NCBI RefSeq assembly: GCF_964355755.1
Contig: NC_092677.1
Span: 24,911,175 to 24,975,174 of the forward strand
DNA length: 64,000 nucleotides
Direction of reading: 5' to 3'
Source: Antedon mediterranea
Taxonomy: Eukaryota; Animalia; Echinodermata
The position numbers and the translations under genes were made by a program. Positions 1-12,032 of the stretch are shown here, in pieces; position 1 is the first letter of the stretch; each line of letters starts with the position of its first letter. The notes beneath the pieces are model-generated. The model was not told the origin of the DNA and searched no databases. It worked only from the letters and a program-made list of their open reading frames with translations.

Positions 1-2027
1 TTCGCACTGCAATCAAACAACGCTACGGTTCATTTATTTGGCCTACAGTTAAAATAGTAAACCTTTAGTACAGTTTATTAATATTTTTAGATATTAACTC
101 TACTGTAAACAATTATCCTCTTTGGTAGACATCCTAAATAAAAAGTGACCAGTATATAATAATTCACTCATTTTTGTTGTTTTATGTAACCTAGGTGATC
201 TTTTCTGTTGCGTCACAGGGCTTAGCAACAAACCGTGAAACAATTCATAGTTTTTCATTCATTCCAATGCGTTCCAAATTATGTATTATTTTTTTATTTT
301 TCATCGGCATATCCCATAGATGTTGTATCTATTTGTTGTTTGTATAATTTCATGATCACACCATAATATGATGAGTATAAGCTACTGATGTGAATGACAA
401 CAGTAGCAATGACATCAGTAGCACATACTAATACACAGGTGTAGTGCCAATATATTATTATTAGTGGTATAAAACAAACATTAAGTATAAAACACATTAA
501 CCATATAACAAACACTAAACATAGGCAATACTTGCACACAATGATAAGTTCAGTAAAGGCAACAAAAACGCCTTAACGCACAGGATATATTCAAATGTTA
601 ACAACCATTAAAAAGGAAACAATGGAACAGACGTAAGGCAGTTATTACAGTGTAGTACTTTAAAACAGACACTGTACATTGAGAATTACTAATAATTTCT
701 TAAAGAATGGCTACCATCTTGAAAAATCTCAAGGTTATAAATAAAATAATATGACTAAATATTAACTATGCATTGCAAGTTATCGCTTGACACTATAAAA
801 GTTTAGGACAAAAAAAATATTTTCTCATTACATCGCAAACCAGCAAATTGTACAAATAAACCGCAATGTCATTTATGATGGATAGTTTATCTACCGGTAT
901 ATAAACTAACCGATGATGCCTTGAAATGTAAAGCAGATTTCTGTTTTATATTAATTTGGGTTAAAAGGTTAAATTTTGTCTATAAAAACCTGCACACGGT
1001 AAATCCAATATGTGAATTAATTTAGTTCGTAATCTTGAAATCCGTTCGTGGAAATTTAGTAATACAATTCTGTGAGACTAGGATAATATTTCATACTCTG
1101 GGTATTATCAGGGTACCTAAAAACATATAATTATACATTCATATTCATAGAGATAATTACTGTATATACTAAATTATAATAAATTAATTCATAAGGAAAA
1201 CCGGGAACATTATAATATCTAACACCTTTTTTTTTTTAGCAGAACAGCAATTTATTATTAGTCCGTCAACGGTTATTTTTATTTCAATATGACATGAATA
1301 CAGAAAAAGTTTACATAACTGTAAATAGACAACACAGCAGCTAGAATCATATTGAGGATCTATACTAGAAGAATAAATTATTCTTGTCACGTATAAAATA
1401 AGACCTTTTTCAAACTAAAATAAAATAATACTAAGGACTGGAGACCGATAAAGTAAATGAGACAATAAATTAAATATCAAATAAATGAAAAAAATAATAA
1501 TAATCAATAATAATAAAAGAAACAGCAGTACGACATCAAAAAATTATTCATTATATAAAGAAATTAAGTATGTTTTAGCATTGGCCCGAAACACAATTAA
1601 TAGATTTTAGTGACTTAAGGTTGTCATTAAGTCCATTCCATATTCGTAGACACTTATTCTTGTATTGTAGGAAGTAAAAGAAGCGAATTTAAAGTTAGAA
1701 CATAATATTCTGGGTTTAAAGGTTACATTGTGTTGACATTATCAGTGCCAGTAGAACAATACATAAAGGTTATCAGACTGTAAACACTATCTGTCTGTTT
1801 ACACTTTGGTCCCGGTATCAATATTTCGGTTTATACTTATAGCAATACAGCTTGTGCAATGTTACTATTCAGAGTAAACAGAGTTATCATGAAGGCCCTA
1901 AAAAGGACAGGTTAGGAAGGGAGTAGTTTGGTGATATTGAAATAGGGACACATGAGAAGGCAACACATTTAGCAACGAAAGCTGCACTGTCAAATCTTAA
2001 CAAGATCATTGTAATATACCACACAAA

Positions 2028-2189
2028 AGCTCTGTCTACACTATCACACAAAAAAAGTGTGATGTGCCTAAATGTGGTAGTGATATGCCCAAATATGGTA
2101 ATAAATGGTATGACATCATCATGTCCATACAGCATATGGGCACATCACATTTTTTTGTCACATAAAATTTGATACTGTAAGACAGAGCT
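2028..2189 (+). mobile_element. MITE family A (PIF/Harbinger-like, ~160 bp) in GPT intron 3
   Basis: TIR AGCTCTGTCTACACTATCA...TGATAcTGTAaGACAGAGCT; internal 21-bp GATATGCCCAAATATGGTAGT subunits. Confidence 0.85.
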
Positions 2190-2315
2190 TAAGACTGGTG
2201 TACAGTAGCCTATCTCTAAATTTATCCTACAGTAATGACCACTCTGCCTCTGGTATATCATAATAAGACTACCTCCATGGAACTATTGTATAACTTTGTC
2301 AAATTAAGTACCTAC

Positions 2316-2424
2316 CAACACTCTGACCACGGCAGCAATTTAGGATCCGTTGTGCCCTCTCTTTAGCATCAGACGGGAAGCGGTTATCTTTCAACAATTC
2401 TGGATATGTGCATAATGACACCAC
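2316..2424 (-). CDS. GPT2: Alanine aminotransferase coding exon 3 (109 nt); gene continues beyond the window start
   Basis: [37 protein letters not shown] matches ALT V..LC.YP.LL....FP.DAK.RA.RIL..C.G.S.G. Acceptor gtatacag|, donor G|gtaggt (phase 1). No exon 4 (SYS.S.G...) was found in 1-2315. Confidence 0.96.
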
Positions 2425-3736
2425 CTGTATACAAATATATTTAAATTAAGCATTAATACAGTACTTAACGCATACATAACACAAGTTAGTTTAGTTTGAG
2501 AAGATGAACAAGTGTTTTGCAGGCATGGTTCCATTAGAATTATACATTTTACAATGTTTACATATTGCTGTAATAACCACAATATGCATAATATACTGTG
2601 TAATTCTGATAGTTAAGGGTACTACAGTATATTTGCTGCATTATAATTCTAGAAAATGATATGATTTATAAAACAACTGTTAAACAATCTATACTTAGTC
2701 TTTTGACTAGAAATCTATATCAAAAAGGAATTTGAATAAGTAAATTAACACCACAGCTTGGCTACACTCCAACCAAATATAGCCTTTCGGACAAGTGACA
2801 ATGGTACATTTCTCACTTATGGCATTTTTAAATAATGATTTGATAGTTTGTCATAAACCTACTGTAGAAGAACATAGAAGAGAACAGAGTATCTGTATTT
2901 ATATAGTGTATAAATCTAAATTTGATTTTTCATTTCAGTTTTTAATATTTCTTGCCCATTTCTTTTAGTGAATAATATTTAATAATAGTAATACATCATG
3001 GATAATCTTCAACATAAAATAGCCCACAACAAACACTAATTTTAAAGTCTTGTTGTAATAGAAGGTTGCCCTGGCCAGGTACAGTACTGTATTTGAAAAA
3101 TCCACATCTGCCAAATTAGTTATTAGTTAAATTTGAATAAACATTGAAATGTATTGTAACATATGTTTATAATCTTATACTTGATACTAGTATTTAAACA
3201 AACTCTTAACATGTTGAGTTTACTTATGTCTCAGTGGCCATATGGGCATACATAAAATGTCTTTAAAAACCTGAGTTTGAATTTGGAGATCAAACTCCTA
3301 GACATCACAACTTACGATTGTGGATTTATAGGTCTGCAATACAATATAATACAAGAGAATTGATTTTTTTCTTTCACAGTAGAATGAATTTATTTTTGTT
3401 CATTGTTTATAGCCTTGAGATAAATCAATAGCCATAGATACAGTAGGCTAGTTTAATAACTTTTATGAGGAATGTTTTTATGTCAAGTAGAGTACTGTGC
3501 AGTACAATATTTTGTCAGTGTAAAATATGTTGGCAAACTAGCCTATCTCAGTTCAGGTATAAACCTCTTGTTGCCTAATAAAATATATAAATTTTTCCAT
3601 ATATAAAATATTTTCAAATGACCTTATAATTTCTTTTTTGATATAGCCTAGGTTTCTCAAGTTTATACTAATATTACTACTAGTGTTTGTTGTTACTTTT
3701 CGCAAGCTTTGAAGCCAATTAAATTTGAAAACCTAC

Positions 3737-3826
3737 CTGTCGAAGGAACGTTATTGGCCTTTGACCCATGGCATGTGCATCGCCAATGTTACACTTAACA
3801 ACATCTTTGTATGGTTTCTTAGCACC
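3737..3826 (-). CDS. GPT2: Alanine aminotransferase coding exon 2 (90 nt)
   Basis: [30 protein letters not shown] matches the ALT motif [23 protein letters not shown]. Acceptor ttttaaaag|, donor CAG|gtaggt, phase 0-0. Confidence 0.96.
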
Positions 3827-4135
3827 CTTTTAAAATATAAAAATAAGTTAAACTTAAAGCATTTAGTATTTTATTTCCTTGAGAGAAAAGAATCGTAAAC
3901 AATATTGCGAAACTAGGCTATTATAATATTTTGACAATTTTTATTTGTCGAGTTATTGGAGAACTGGCTCTTCTTAAATTAACTACATTTTACAAGTCTA
4001 TTCCTCCCTAGGCCTACACCATGATAACACCCCACCAGTCTGTCCAATCATAATACTGTCGGACCATCACACTATCATCTTCCTCTTCCCAGCCCCATCA
4101 TCATCATCATCATCCCAAACAAGAAGAAAACCCAC

Positions 4136-4384
4136 CTTGCTCAATTCATTTTCTATTTCTGTAGCACGCTGGACAATTGGTCCTCTCACCGCATATTCCA
4201 TCGTCCGTATGTTCGGATTCATGTTTTCAACAGTAAGTACTTTATTCCTCTTCGGAACATGATTATTGCAAGCCATATTGACAGACAGCAAATGCTCAAC
4301 CGCAGCCCACGTTGCTCTGTTCGTTGTTCGCCCGGCACTGACCAACCTCCCCACACGAAAACAGTTTTTCGTTGCGTGATGCAT
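4136..4384 (-). CDS. GPT2: Alanine aminotransferase (GPT/GPT2-like) coding exon 1; in-frame ATGs at 4384 and 4276
   Basis: Translates to ...MACNNHVPKRNKVLTVENMNPNIRTMEYAVRGPIVQRATEIENELSK, with the ALT N-terminal signature LT.ENMNP....EYAVRGPI. Ends at donor AAG|gtgggt (phase 0). The GPT2 rather than GPT label is inferred from the N-terminal extension and the neighbouring gene. Confidence 0.93.
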
Positions 4385-5333
4385 GATGAGATTTCCAGGC
4401 TAATCTCTCCACTCGTGGCCCGTTCCCTACGTCACAGATTTTCTGTTGTTTTCGCAAATAACACGTGACTAAAATGTCTAGCAATTGATATAGGCGATTT
4501 CTGCAGGTATTATGCTATTAATTAATAGCCGAATTCTATATTCTACAGCAGTTTAATCCGCCTGGGCTATGAACAGTAAAGAACGGTAGTCTTTTAAGTC
4601 ATAGGATAGCTTCCTGTGGCTTACTCATTTATTAAAAACCCCTGCTAAGACGATTAGAGGCAGCTGCTGCACATCATATTGGCAAATCCAACAACACTTT
4701 CCCCTTCCTTCTTCACGCGTTGTTTTGAGGAGCAATCAATTCATTTCATAGAATTTACTAGGAAACAAAAATAAACCAAAAGATAAGGAATAACAAAAAT
4801 CTGTTAAATTTCATTATTCTAATGCTTTTAAAATGTTATCATAATAATTTGTATTGTGCATGTTATGCCATTGTACATAACAAACAGTACAACACATCTA
4901 GGCCAATGGTCTATCAAGGGACAAGAGATAATAAATTACCCTTTTAGTACAATGAATTCACCCGGGTTTATAGGTCAGAATCAGTGAAGCATAACAAAGT
5001 AAATTCACAGTGTGAAAGATTGGTTTTTGATTTTGAGTTTTAACAAGTAGGATTTTATAGGTTATTTTGTTGCCTAAAATTTGTATTTTATATTATGATT
5101 TTAATTACTAATGATGTATAATTTGTAGTGAATTTTGGAGAATATTAATGTATCAAATGGCTTGCTAAGAAACGACAAATGGTGAAAAGGAACTCCAGAC
5201 TTGTTGCTCCATCTGTCTTTTGTTGCTTGAGATAGAGAGCGATCATCCGTATCGCAAGTCTTTTTGCTGCTTGTTGTGGTAGGCTAGGTGGGCTGACACA
5301 AAACCAAATAGGGCAAATAATAAATATCCAATC
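4385..5333. promoter_or_regulatory. Putative bidirectional promoter/5'UTR region between GPT and C16orf87
   Basis: Divergent start codons at 4384 (-) and 5334 (+). Locally CpG-richer. CRE-like GTGACGTA at 4428-4435 (-) and E-box CACGTGAC at 4462-4469. Confidence 0.6.
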
Positions 5334-6631
5334 ATGGTATTAAAGCCCTGTCCAGTATGTACTCAACAGGTAGGTGTCCAAACTTTAATAAAAATTTAAA
5401 TGATAATTTTAAAAACAATAAATAATTGTATTGTTCCCCTGTCAATTATCTTGTAAATCTACACCAATCCAATATTGATGGTTGATACCATTTTCTGATT
5501 AGGGGTTCATCATATATTTATATGTTTTTTCATTTTTTTAGGTACCAGTAGCATGCAAATCATGCTTTTGTGGTCACGTCTTCTTTTCCAGTCGTCAAAA
5601 AAAAAGTCCAAGTCCTCCACCAATAATAACAGGTAATTTTAAATGTAATACTGTAATTTTTGCTCGAAGTACTATTTGAAGAGCCACACCCCCTATTAAT
5701 TATTATGCAAATTGTAGAATTCTATGCCATACAGTACATTGGTTCTAATCTTTGTCAGACTTTAAAATACTAATAAAATAAAAAGGAAAAAATTATTTCT
5801 TTTCAATAGACCAAAATGGAATTATTCCACGTAGAAGAGCTGAAAGACCAAAAAAGGCAAGAACTGATTATTATGGACCAAGTGCATTTGAGAATCGCAT
5901 GGCAAAGGTTAGTATAAGTGTACGTAATTTAAAAAAAAAAAAATTTTGTCAAGCCATTTAATATAATAATTATATTTTAACAAATAATATACGATGACCA
6001 TCTCTTTCAGCAATTGACAACAAATAGAGCAAGAGAAAGGTCATCATCTTTTGGTGGAGAGGGTTCCCCAAAGAAACGTAAACCAGGAAGACCAAAGAGT
6101 GTGTCGGCTGCTGCCAAATTAAAAGACGTTTCCGTCCAAGGTATGCTTGAAACCTAAAGGCAGACCTTTGTAGCCCTCCTGACCAAGCTTTTTCAAACAC
6201 TGCTGGACAAGTTCATTCAATTCATGTAGTCAGAAAACCCAAGCTTGCAAACATACTTGCTTGCAATTTTCAAGAGCTTTGGAGAAAAGTACAAGCACAC
6301 CAGTGAAATGATAAAGCAAAACATTGAAGCACTTAAATCTTTAAAAAAAATCCCATTTTCAAATTTTATTTTAAATTGTAAAAAAGAATCTAACAAGTGT
6401 TTTCTTCACAATCTAATTATTACAACAAATAGTTCTATCTTAATTTGTTTTCTTTATTTCATTTCAACAGAAGAAAAGGAAAAGGAAAAGAAAGAAGAAG
6501 ATGTATATGCAACACTGTCAGAAGACAAAGCTTTCATTTATTCTGTTATTCTGGATGAAATCAACCGCAAACTTCAAAAACAGTGGAAAGGACCCCCCAA
6601 AGATAACTCTGCAGTTAAGACAAATCCTTGA
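5334..6631 (+). CDS. C16orf87: UPF0547 protein C16orf87 homologue; exons 5334-5369, 5542-5632, 5810-5907, 6011-6140, 6471-6631 (516 nt, 171 aa)
   Basis: Spliced product [12 protein letters not shown]|[14 protein letters not shown]...RRRAERPKK...KRKPGRPKS...[27 protein letters not shown]. It has the family CPxC..[12 protein letters not shown] zinc-ribbon, a GRPK AT-hook-like motif and the C-terminal Y..LS.EKAF..SV.L.EINRK block. All introns are GT-AG with consistent phases (0,1,0,1). Confidence 0.94.
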
Positions 6632-6669
6632 TAATACAATGTGCTTCTTATCTTGATCCATATTAATGC

Positions 6670-7597
6670 ACACTATCAAACTAGTTTTACTAAAAAAGTA
6701 TGATGTGCCCAAATGTGGTAGTGATATGCCCAAATATGACATCATCATGTCCATATATGAGCACATCACATGTTTTTTGTATGGATATGATGATGTCATA
6801 TCACTACCATTTTTTGGTACTAGTTTGATAGTGTAGATGTTATGCGCGATTTGAACGATTTGCGCAATTTGAAATTGCGCAAAAAATTCCTTGCGCAATT
6901 TGAAATTGCGCAAAGAATTCTTGCGCAATTTCAAATTGTAAAATTGTCAAATTGCGCAGCAGAATTCTACCAGAATGCGTGCTAACGTCGACGAATGGTT
7001 AACAATAATAATAATTTATTCAAAACTAATAACTCAAAATGAAAAATAAATGCGAAGATAACATGTGTATAATACACACCATAAATGGCATACACAATTA
7101 AATAATATTATCACTCATTGTAACTTAAAATAAATCAAAATAAATGTAAAAATAAAAAAAATTAATGTAGTAATACACAACATAGTCTACCGCCACCAAC
7201 GTTTAGACTTGCTATCAAAACATAGCCAGTAGTAGGCTAGAGTAGTATTAGCCGCCCGCCGTGCACCTGCCCGCCTGGAACACCACCTTTGTGGTCCTTT
7301 GTCGGGTCTTCGACGGTATGCTAACAATAACAATATTTTCACTACTACAAAAAATAAGGAAATGCGATATTATCTTTAATTTTGAATCATTCTTAGAAAT
7401 TACTATAAAAATATGGGTGTGCATGATTTCACAATCTGTCGAAAAAAAACCTTGCGCAATTTGCAGATTACTTGCGCAATTTAATACGTTGCTTGCGCAA
7501 TTTGAAACAGATGTTTCAATTCAAATTGCGCAAGGAATTCTTTGCGCAATTTTAAATTGCGCAAATCGTTCAAATCGCGCATAACATAGACAGAGCT
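6670..7597. mobile_element. MITE family A copy (internally inverted chimera), split by a nested insertion
   Basis: 6670-6780 matches the family forward and 6781-6837 matches it in reverse. The right TIR GATAGTGTAGA|CAGAGCT resumes at 7591 after the insert. Confidence 0.8.
6838..7586. mobile_element. Non-autonomous TIR element (749 bp), TGT...ACA ends, 4-bp TSD; Ginger-like
   Basis: ~66-bp near-perfect TIR TGTTATGCGCGATTTGAACGATTTGCGCAATTT...; TSD TAGA at 6834-6837 and 7587-7590, reconstructed from the host MITE TIR. The superfamily is an inference. Confidence 0.85.
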
Positions 7598-8025
7598 TTA
7601 GATGGTAAACAGAATAATTTTATATCTTTCATCTAGTGATCAATGCATTGAAAAATCTTCCAAACTCTTTATACTAAATTAAAAACAATCTTTTGTAAAT
7701 AATGTATAGTATATTTTAAAAAGTCTGTCTATGGATAAAAAAAATATAAATTTTTCTTTTTTAATATTTTGTTGATTACAAGAAGATTTATGTATGATTG
7801 TATACTAAATTTTTCATTTTTACAAAACAAAAATAATTTGTCTCAATAAGAAATCTATGCATAATTTCAATAAGATATTGATATCAAAGATAAATATTGT
7901 CTTCCAGTTAACAGTAAAAATAGTAATATTTTTTTAATAATCAGTCTCATATTATACTAGTTTCAAGTTCTACCATAACAATCATTATTTAGTACTACTG
8001 TAGTACATTATTATCTCTACCATTT

Positions 8026-8265
8026 GTGGAGTTGTGGCTTGGTGGTTATTATGCTTGGCTACCACTCCAAGGGTCCTGGGTTCGGGTTCAAGTCCCGTCA
8101 CAAGTCAGGATTTTTTCTAAGGACCAAATTACTCCACTCCCAAAGACTTGTAATAAGACTTAGTTTATGTAGAGCATCTTGTGTATATGTTTGTCTTGTG
8201 AACCTCTGAGGGTTCCTAATGATCAGTAATTGCTGGATGGATCACCCTCATTAAATATGGTTTAA
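8026..8265 (+). mobile_element. tRNA-derived SINE (family S1)
   Basis: Pol III A box TGGCTTGGTGG and B box GGTTCAAGTCC. Head and ACTCCACTCC segment are shared with the copy at 49800-49942. Confidence 0.75.
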
Positions 8266-8968
8266 AAAAATTTAAAAAATTGATTGTTTGTATTTTTGTT
8301 TAATTTTTTACTAATTTTCTACTACAAAAGAATATAAATAATTAACAATTAAAACAAGTGATTTTTTATACCAAACATGTGTGCCTTATAATAATAGAAG
8401 TTGTTGGTGTTTTCAACTGCTTATGTTATTGTACTAATTTAAAAGTATCTCTGGAAGGCCGCCTATAAATTTCATTCTTACACAATCTTTGTATCAGAAT
8501 GTCAAATAAACTTGTAATATTATTGTAAATTTATTACTTTAACAATTGTTTATTTCACAAGTGGTGTAAAATTAATAATTTTTATTATGTTTATATTTTG
8601 TAAAAATTAAATGAAAATATTAGAAATTGTATATAATATTGTGATTTTTTTGTTAAGCTTTTTTAGCAGCAGTACATAACTACATTCTTTAATTTTCGTG
8701 ATATCGCCCTCTATAGTTTATTTTTTTTAAACAGTAACTTGGACTATTCCATTTAGTTAGCGCATGGAGAAATAAAATATGTAATACTAAAACATTTATT
8801 ACTGTATAATAACTTTTTTTCTGAATAAAATTTTTTTTTTAAATACTTCCTAATAAACTGTTTTGTTAATGTCAATTCATCATATACTTTACTAATATTA
8901 ATGATCTTTATAATTGCAATACCTTAGCTTTCCATGGAATATTTTCTCCATGATATTTTTATATCAAT

Positions 8969-9161
8969 TGTCGTATTCGAAAAGGAACTTTCAATGTCAA
9001 AATAAAGATTCGTTGAGTATTTTTTGTATTTGAATTGTAAATTGTAAACAGCTTGTGCTCAAGAGAAAACGTTGACAACACAAGCTTTTTCGTTAAGAAC
9101 AATCTCAACGCTCAAAATACTCAAAACTACTCAACGGTAGAAGTTCCAATCGAATACGACA
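8969..9161. mobile_element. Small MITE with ~24-bp imperfect TIR
   Basis: TGTCGTATTCGAaaaGGAACTT ... AAGTTCCaaTCGAATACGACA; AAT on both flanks. Confidence 0.65.
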
Positions 9162-9597
9162 AATGTTTAAATTTGGATTTAAACTGAAATAATTATTTTT
9201 ACATTATTTTTTGTTTGAAATAATGTCTGTTGTTTATTGTTGAAGAGCAGTCATGCATGACTAAGCATTTTAATGAACCCAATTAAGCCTTATACTTCAT
9301 TTGTCATCCACTTGATATCATTAATTTGATTGATTACCGTTTTTAATGAGACTGATTTTTCCAAATTGATCATTGTGAATTCCTTATGGATATAACAATC
9401 CAACAAGGTTATGTATTATACCGACTGCCTTTGTTCTGAAAAGACAATAGATCTATAGTTATTAGTAGGGCCTATTTGTATTTTATAAATATATATTGTT
9501 TCTAGGCTAATTTGCAATTAGCATTATTTACAAAGAAATCCTTAAGTGTCACCTAGATTTTGAAAGTTTAGGTGAATTAAAATTGAACATAACAATG

Positions 9598-9670
9598 CAG
9601 TAATGTAGCCACGAGAAAAAAGTGGCCCGGTTTTCACAAGATAAAGAACAATCTCTGTTCAAGCCACTGG
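9598..9670 (-). mobile_element. hAT-like MITE family H2 fragment
   Basis: Reverse complement of the CAGTGGCTTGAACAGAGATTG...GGACCACTTTATTTCTCGTGGCTACATCACTG end seen at 26420-26502 and 60119-60265. Confidence 0.65.
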
Positions 9671-9671
9671 A

Positions 9672-9860
9672 TAATAATAATGTTTAGCTTAGCACAATGC
9701 TTCTAAGCGCTTCACATTATCACAAATACATATGGAACACATTTAATCTCCCATAATGCTGCAGCTCATAATCCGCACAGCTGTGATTGATCCTGTCAGG
9801 TACCCATTTGTACACCTGGGTGGGGATTAAAGCATCTTGCCTCAGAACACAAGTAATGTG
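9672..9860 (-). mobile_element. SINE 3' portion with L2-type tail
   Basis: Minus strand has the CCCAGGTGTACAAATGGGTACC central block, a GAAGCGCTTAG tail and an (ATT)n end; related to 13241-13572. Confidence 0.65.
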
Positions 9861-10302
9861 ACAATCGTTGATCATTGAGGAGATGTTACAACATGGCATT
9901 GAATTCCCCACACTTTTATATCTGACAATGCTGATAGGACAATTGTGACTCGTAGCCTACTGGCTGAAATGTGAACAGACGTGGAGAGGCCTAGAGAACA
10001 ACTCTTCTCCTTCATGTTGTGCAGTAGACAACGCAAGGTCTAAAATGAACTACAAAATGGGGTAAACTTAATCTTTTAAAAATGTTCGATTCACATGCAC
10101 ACAACCCAGATGTGTAAACTTTGGGTTTTCTTTTCTGTTTTTTTGTAATGATTTTATGCTTCAATTTCCCCAAAATGTTTTGAATTATTATATTATTGAC
10201 CATAATAGTACTGGCTCAGTGGGGTTTTATTTAATGACAGATAGTTCATACTGTCTGTATTTTGTTGATATTTTATCTATTATATACATATTTTTATCTC
10301 AG

Positions 10303-10421
10303 ATGAAATTGCTGACAGATCCACTGAAGCAATTCTGCCTCAAGTTAAACAATTTCTTCAAGCGTGCATGCGGGAAGACGTGTTTGAGATCACGGCAGCT
10401 GCTGGAAATGTACCATAAAAG
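10303..10421 (+). other. Isolated exon-like segment, gene unknown
   Basis: Acceptor tttttatctcag| and donor AAG|gtaaat bracket a 119-nt GC-richer island; no family recognised. Confidence 0.35.
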
Positions 10422-12032
10422 GTAAATTAAAATGAAAACGTAATAAATTTCAGTTAAAAAGGAACGACATTAACAGCAGTTAATAGGATAGGTTAAGCAA
10501 GCCCTTCACACTTAACAGATTTCATTCAATACATAACAAATAAACAATAAAAGTGTTCGCAATATTGAAATGAGTGATGTATTTTGAACAGATATTCAAC
10601 ACTCGTAAACATTGTTCACAAGTAGGCTATCTATTTCGTATTAATAATGAATCAGAAGAGCTTTGTAATTTACAGAACCACGTACGTTTTACCAATCAAT
10701 AAAATGTATTTTATTGTAAAACTTTAAAAGATTAATGATTTATTGCGTTTAGTGTTAGTATGTACACAGACATATGAATAGAAACACAGATATAGTGTAA
10801 CAATAGTATTATTTAACTGTCTGTTTTATGGTTGTTAATATTTGTCAATGTTAGTAAAAGTACCATACCTAACAATGCTCGAGTATAATTGTGCTCTCTA
10901 ATATACACTAAATTTGTACACAAGACATTGGTAATAAAATCTATTCTCAATGCAATCCGAGTATAAACACACCACCTATTTTTTGCCACATTTCGTACCC
11001 AGGTCATTTTATCATATAAAGTAATTTTATGTTGAGTGTAAAACAGAATACTATAATGCTCTGTTCCCAAAAACATTGTGCCCTAAAGGCTTCCAAACAT
11101 AAAAAATACACAATTACAGCGTATAGTTGGTTTTCCTAGCTTATACTTGTATTGATGCCATGTATGATATTTGATGTATTTAATAATTATTAATTTTGAA
11201 TATCATAAATTTATAAAGTAGACTTTTATATAGTGGAACTTTCTGTCACAGATATGATGGACGACGTAGAGTTAATATTACTTTTTGTACAACGAATGTT
11301 ATAAAGATCTTAATAATTTATAGCACATGTTTAATCCAAGTGTTTCTAGAATATTCATGACTTCCGAATTTTGTAGCCATTTCAACACATCACATCATGC
11401 AATTGAAATATATATCGACCACTTCACAAATATATATTAACGAAAGACTTTATTGGAAATATTTCAAGATTAAATGTAAGGATAGTGGTCGATAATTGAA
11501 TATGCATGATAAATTGATTAATAATTTGCATAAAGTATGTGAAAATATTGAAGTACTTGTATTAATCCTCAGAGCCTTCTGTATGTAAATTATTATGTAA
11601 AATAGATTAAAGTTTTTTTTAATGATTATTTTTCTGCGCTTGTCATTTTTAAATCAATGATAATCATTTTTCCATGTCAATTTTGTCCAAAATTAAGAAA
11701 GTTAATAGATCAAAAACTTATCATAAAAAATGATTTCTCTAGAACTGTTAAATTAATTCTCTTCACTTGACGTGTAATTGACCAGGCAATTTAAAAAAAT
11801 GGCGTCATCCAAAGGTATTTATATCCACTGGATCGTTACTCAACATTTAAGACATTATCATGTATTAAAGGTGTAATTTAATACAATTGTTATTGTGGGT
11901 GTTTTCCCTTGTATGTATTAAGCTTATTAATTAAGAGTTATGAGGCTACCTTATTTAGTATCAATTTATACCCGATGGAGTTTTATTCCAGTCTTTTTAT
12001 ATCTATTACTGTCATACCATATGTCTTCTATA

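Noticed and set aside
1020-1115. Candidate GPT exon 4 after acceptor gtttttag
   Set aside because: Gives GTLIIPRV* or RYPDNTQ...*, with no match to the expected SYS.S.G...IR..VA motif.
4377-4384. ATF4/C-EBP (CARE)-like TGATGCAT at the GPT start
   Set aside because: It mismatches the TGATGCAA consensus and overlaps the ATG.
5158-5235. Upstream frame LAKKRQMVKRN resembling the C16orf87 N-terminus
   Set aside because: It ends in a stop, lacks the CPxC motif and has no clear splice into 5334.
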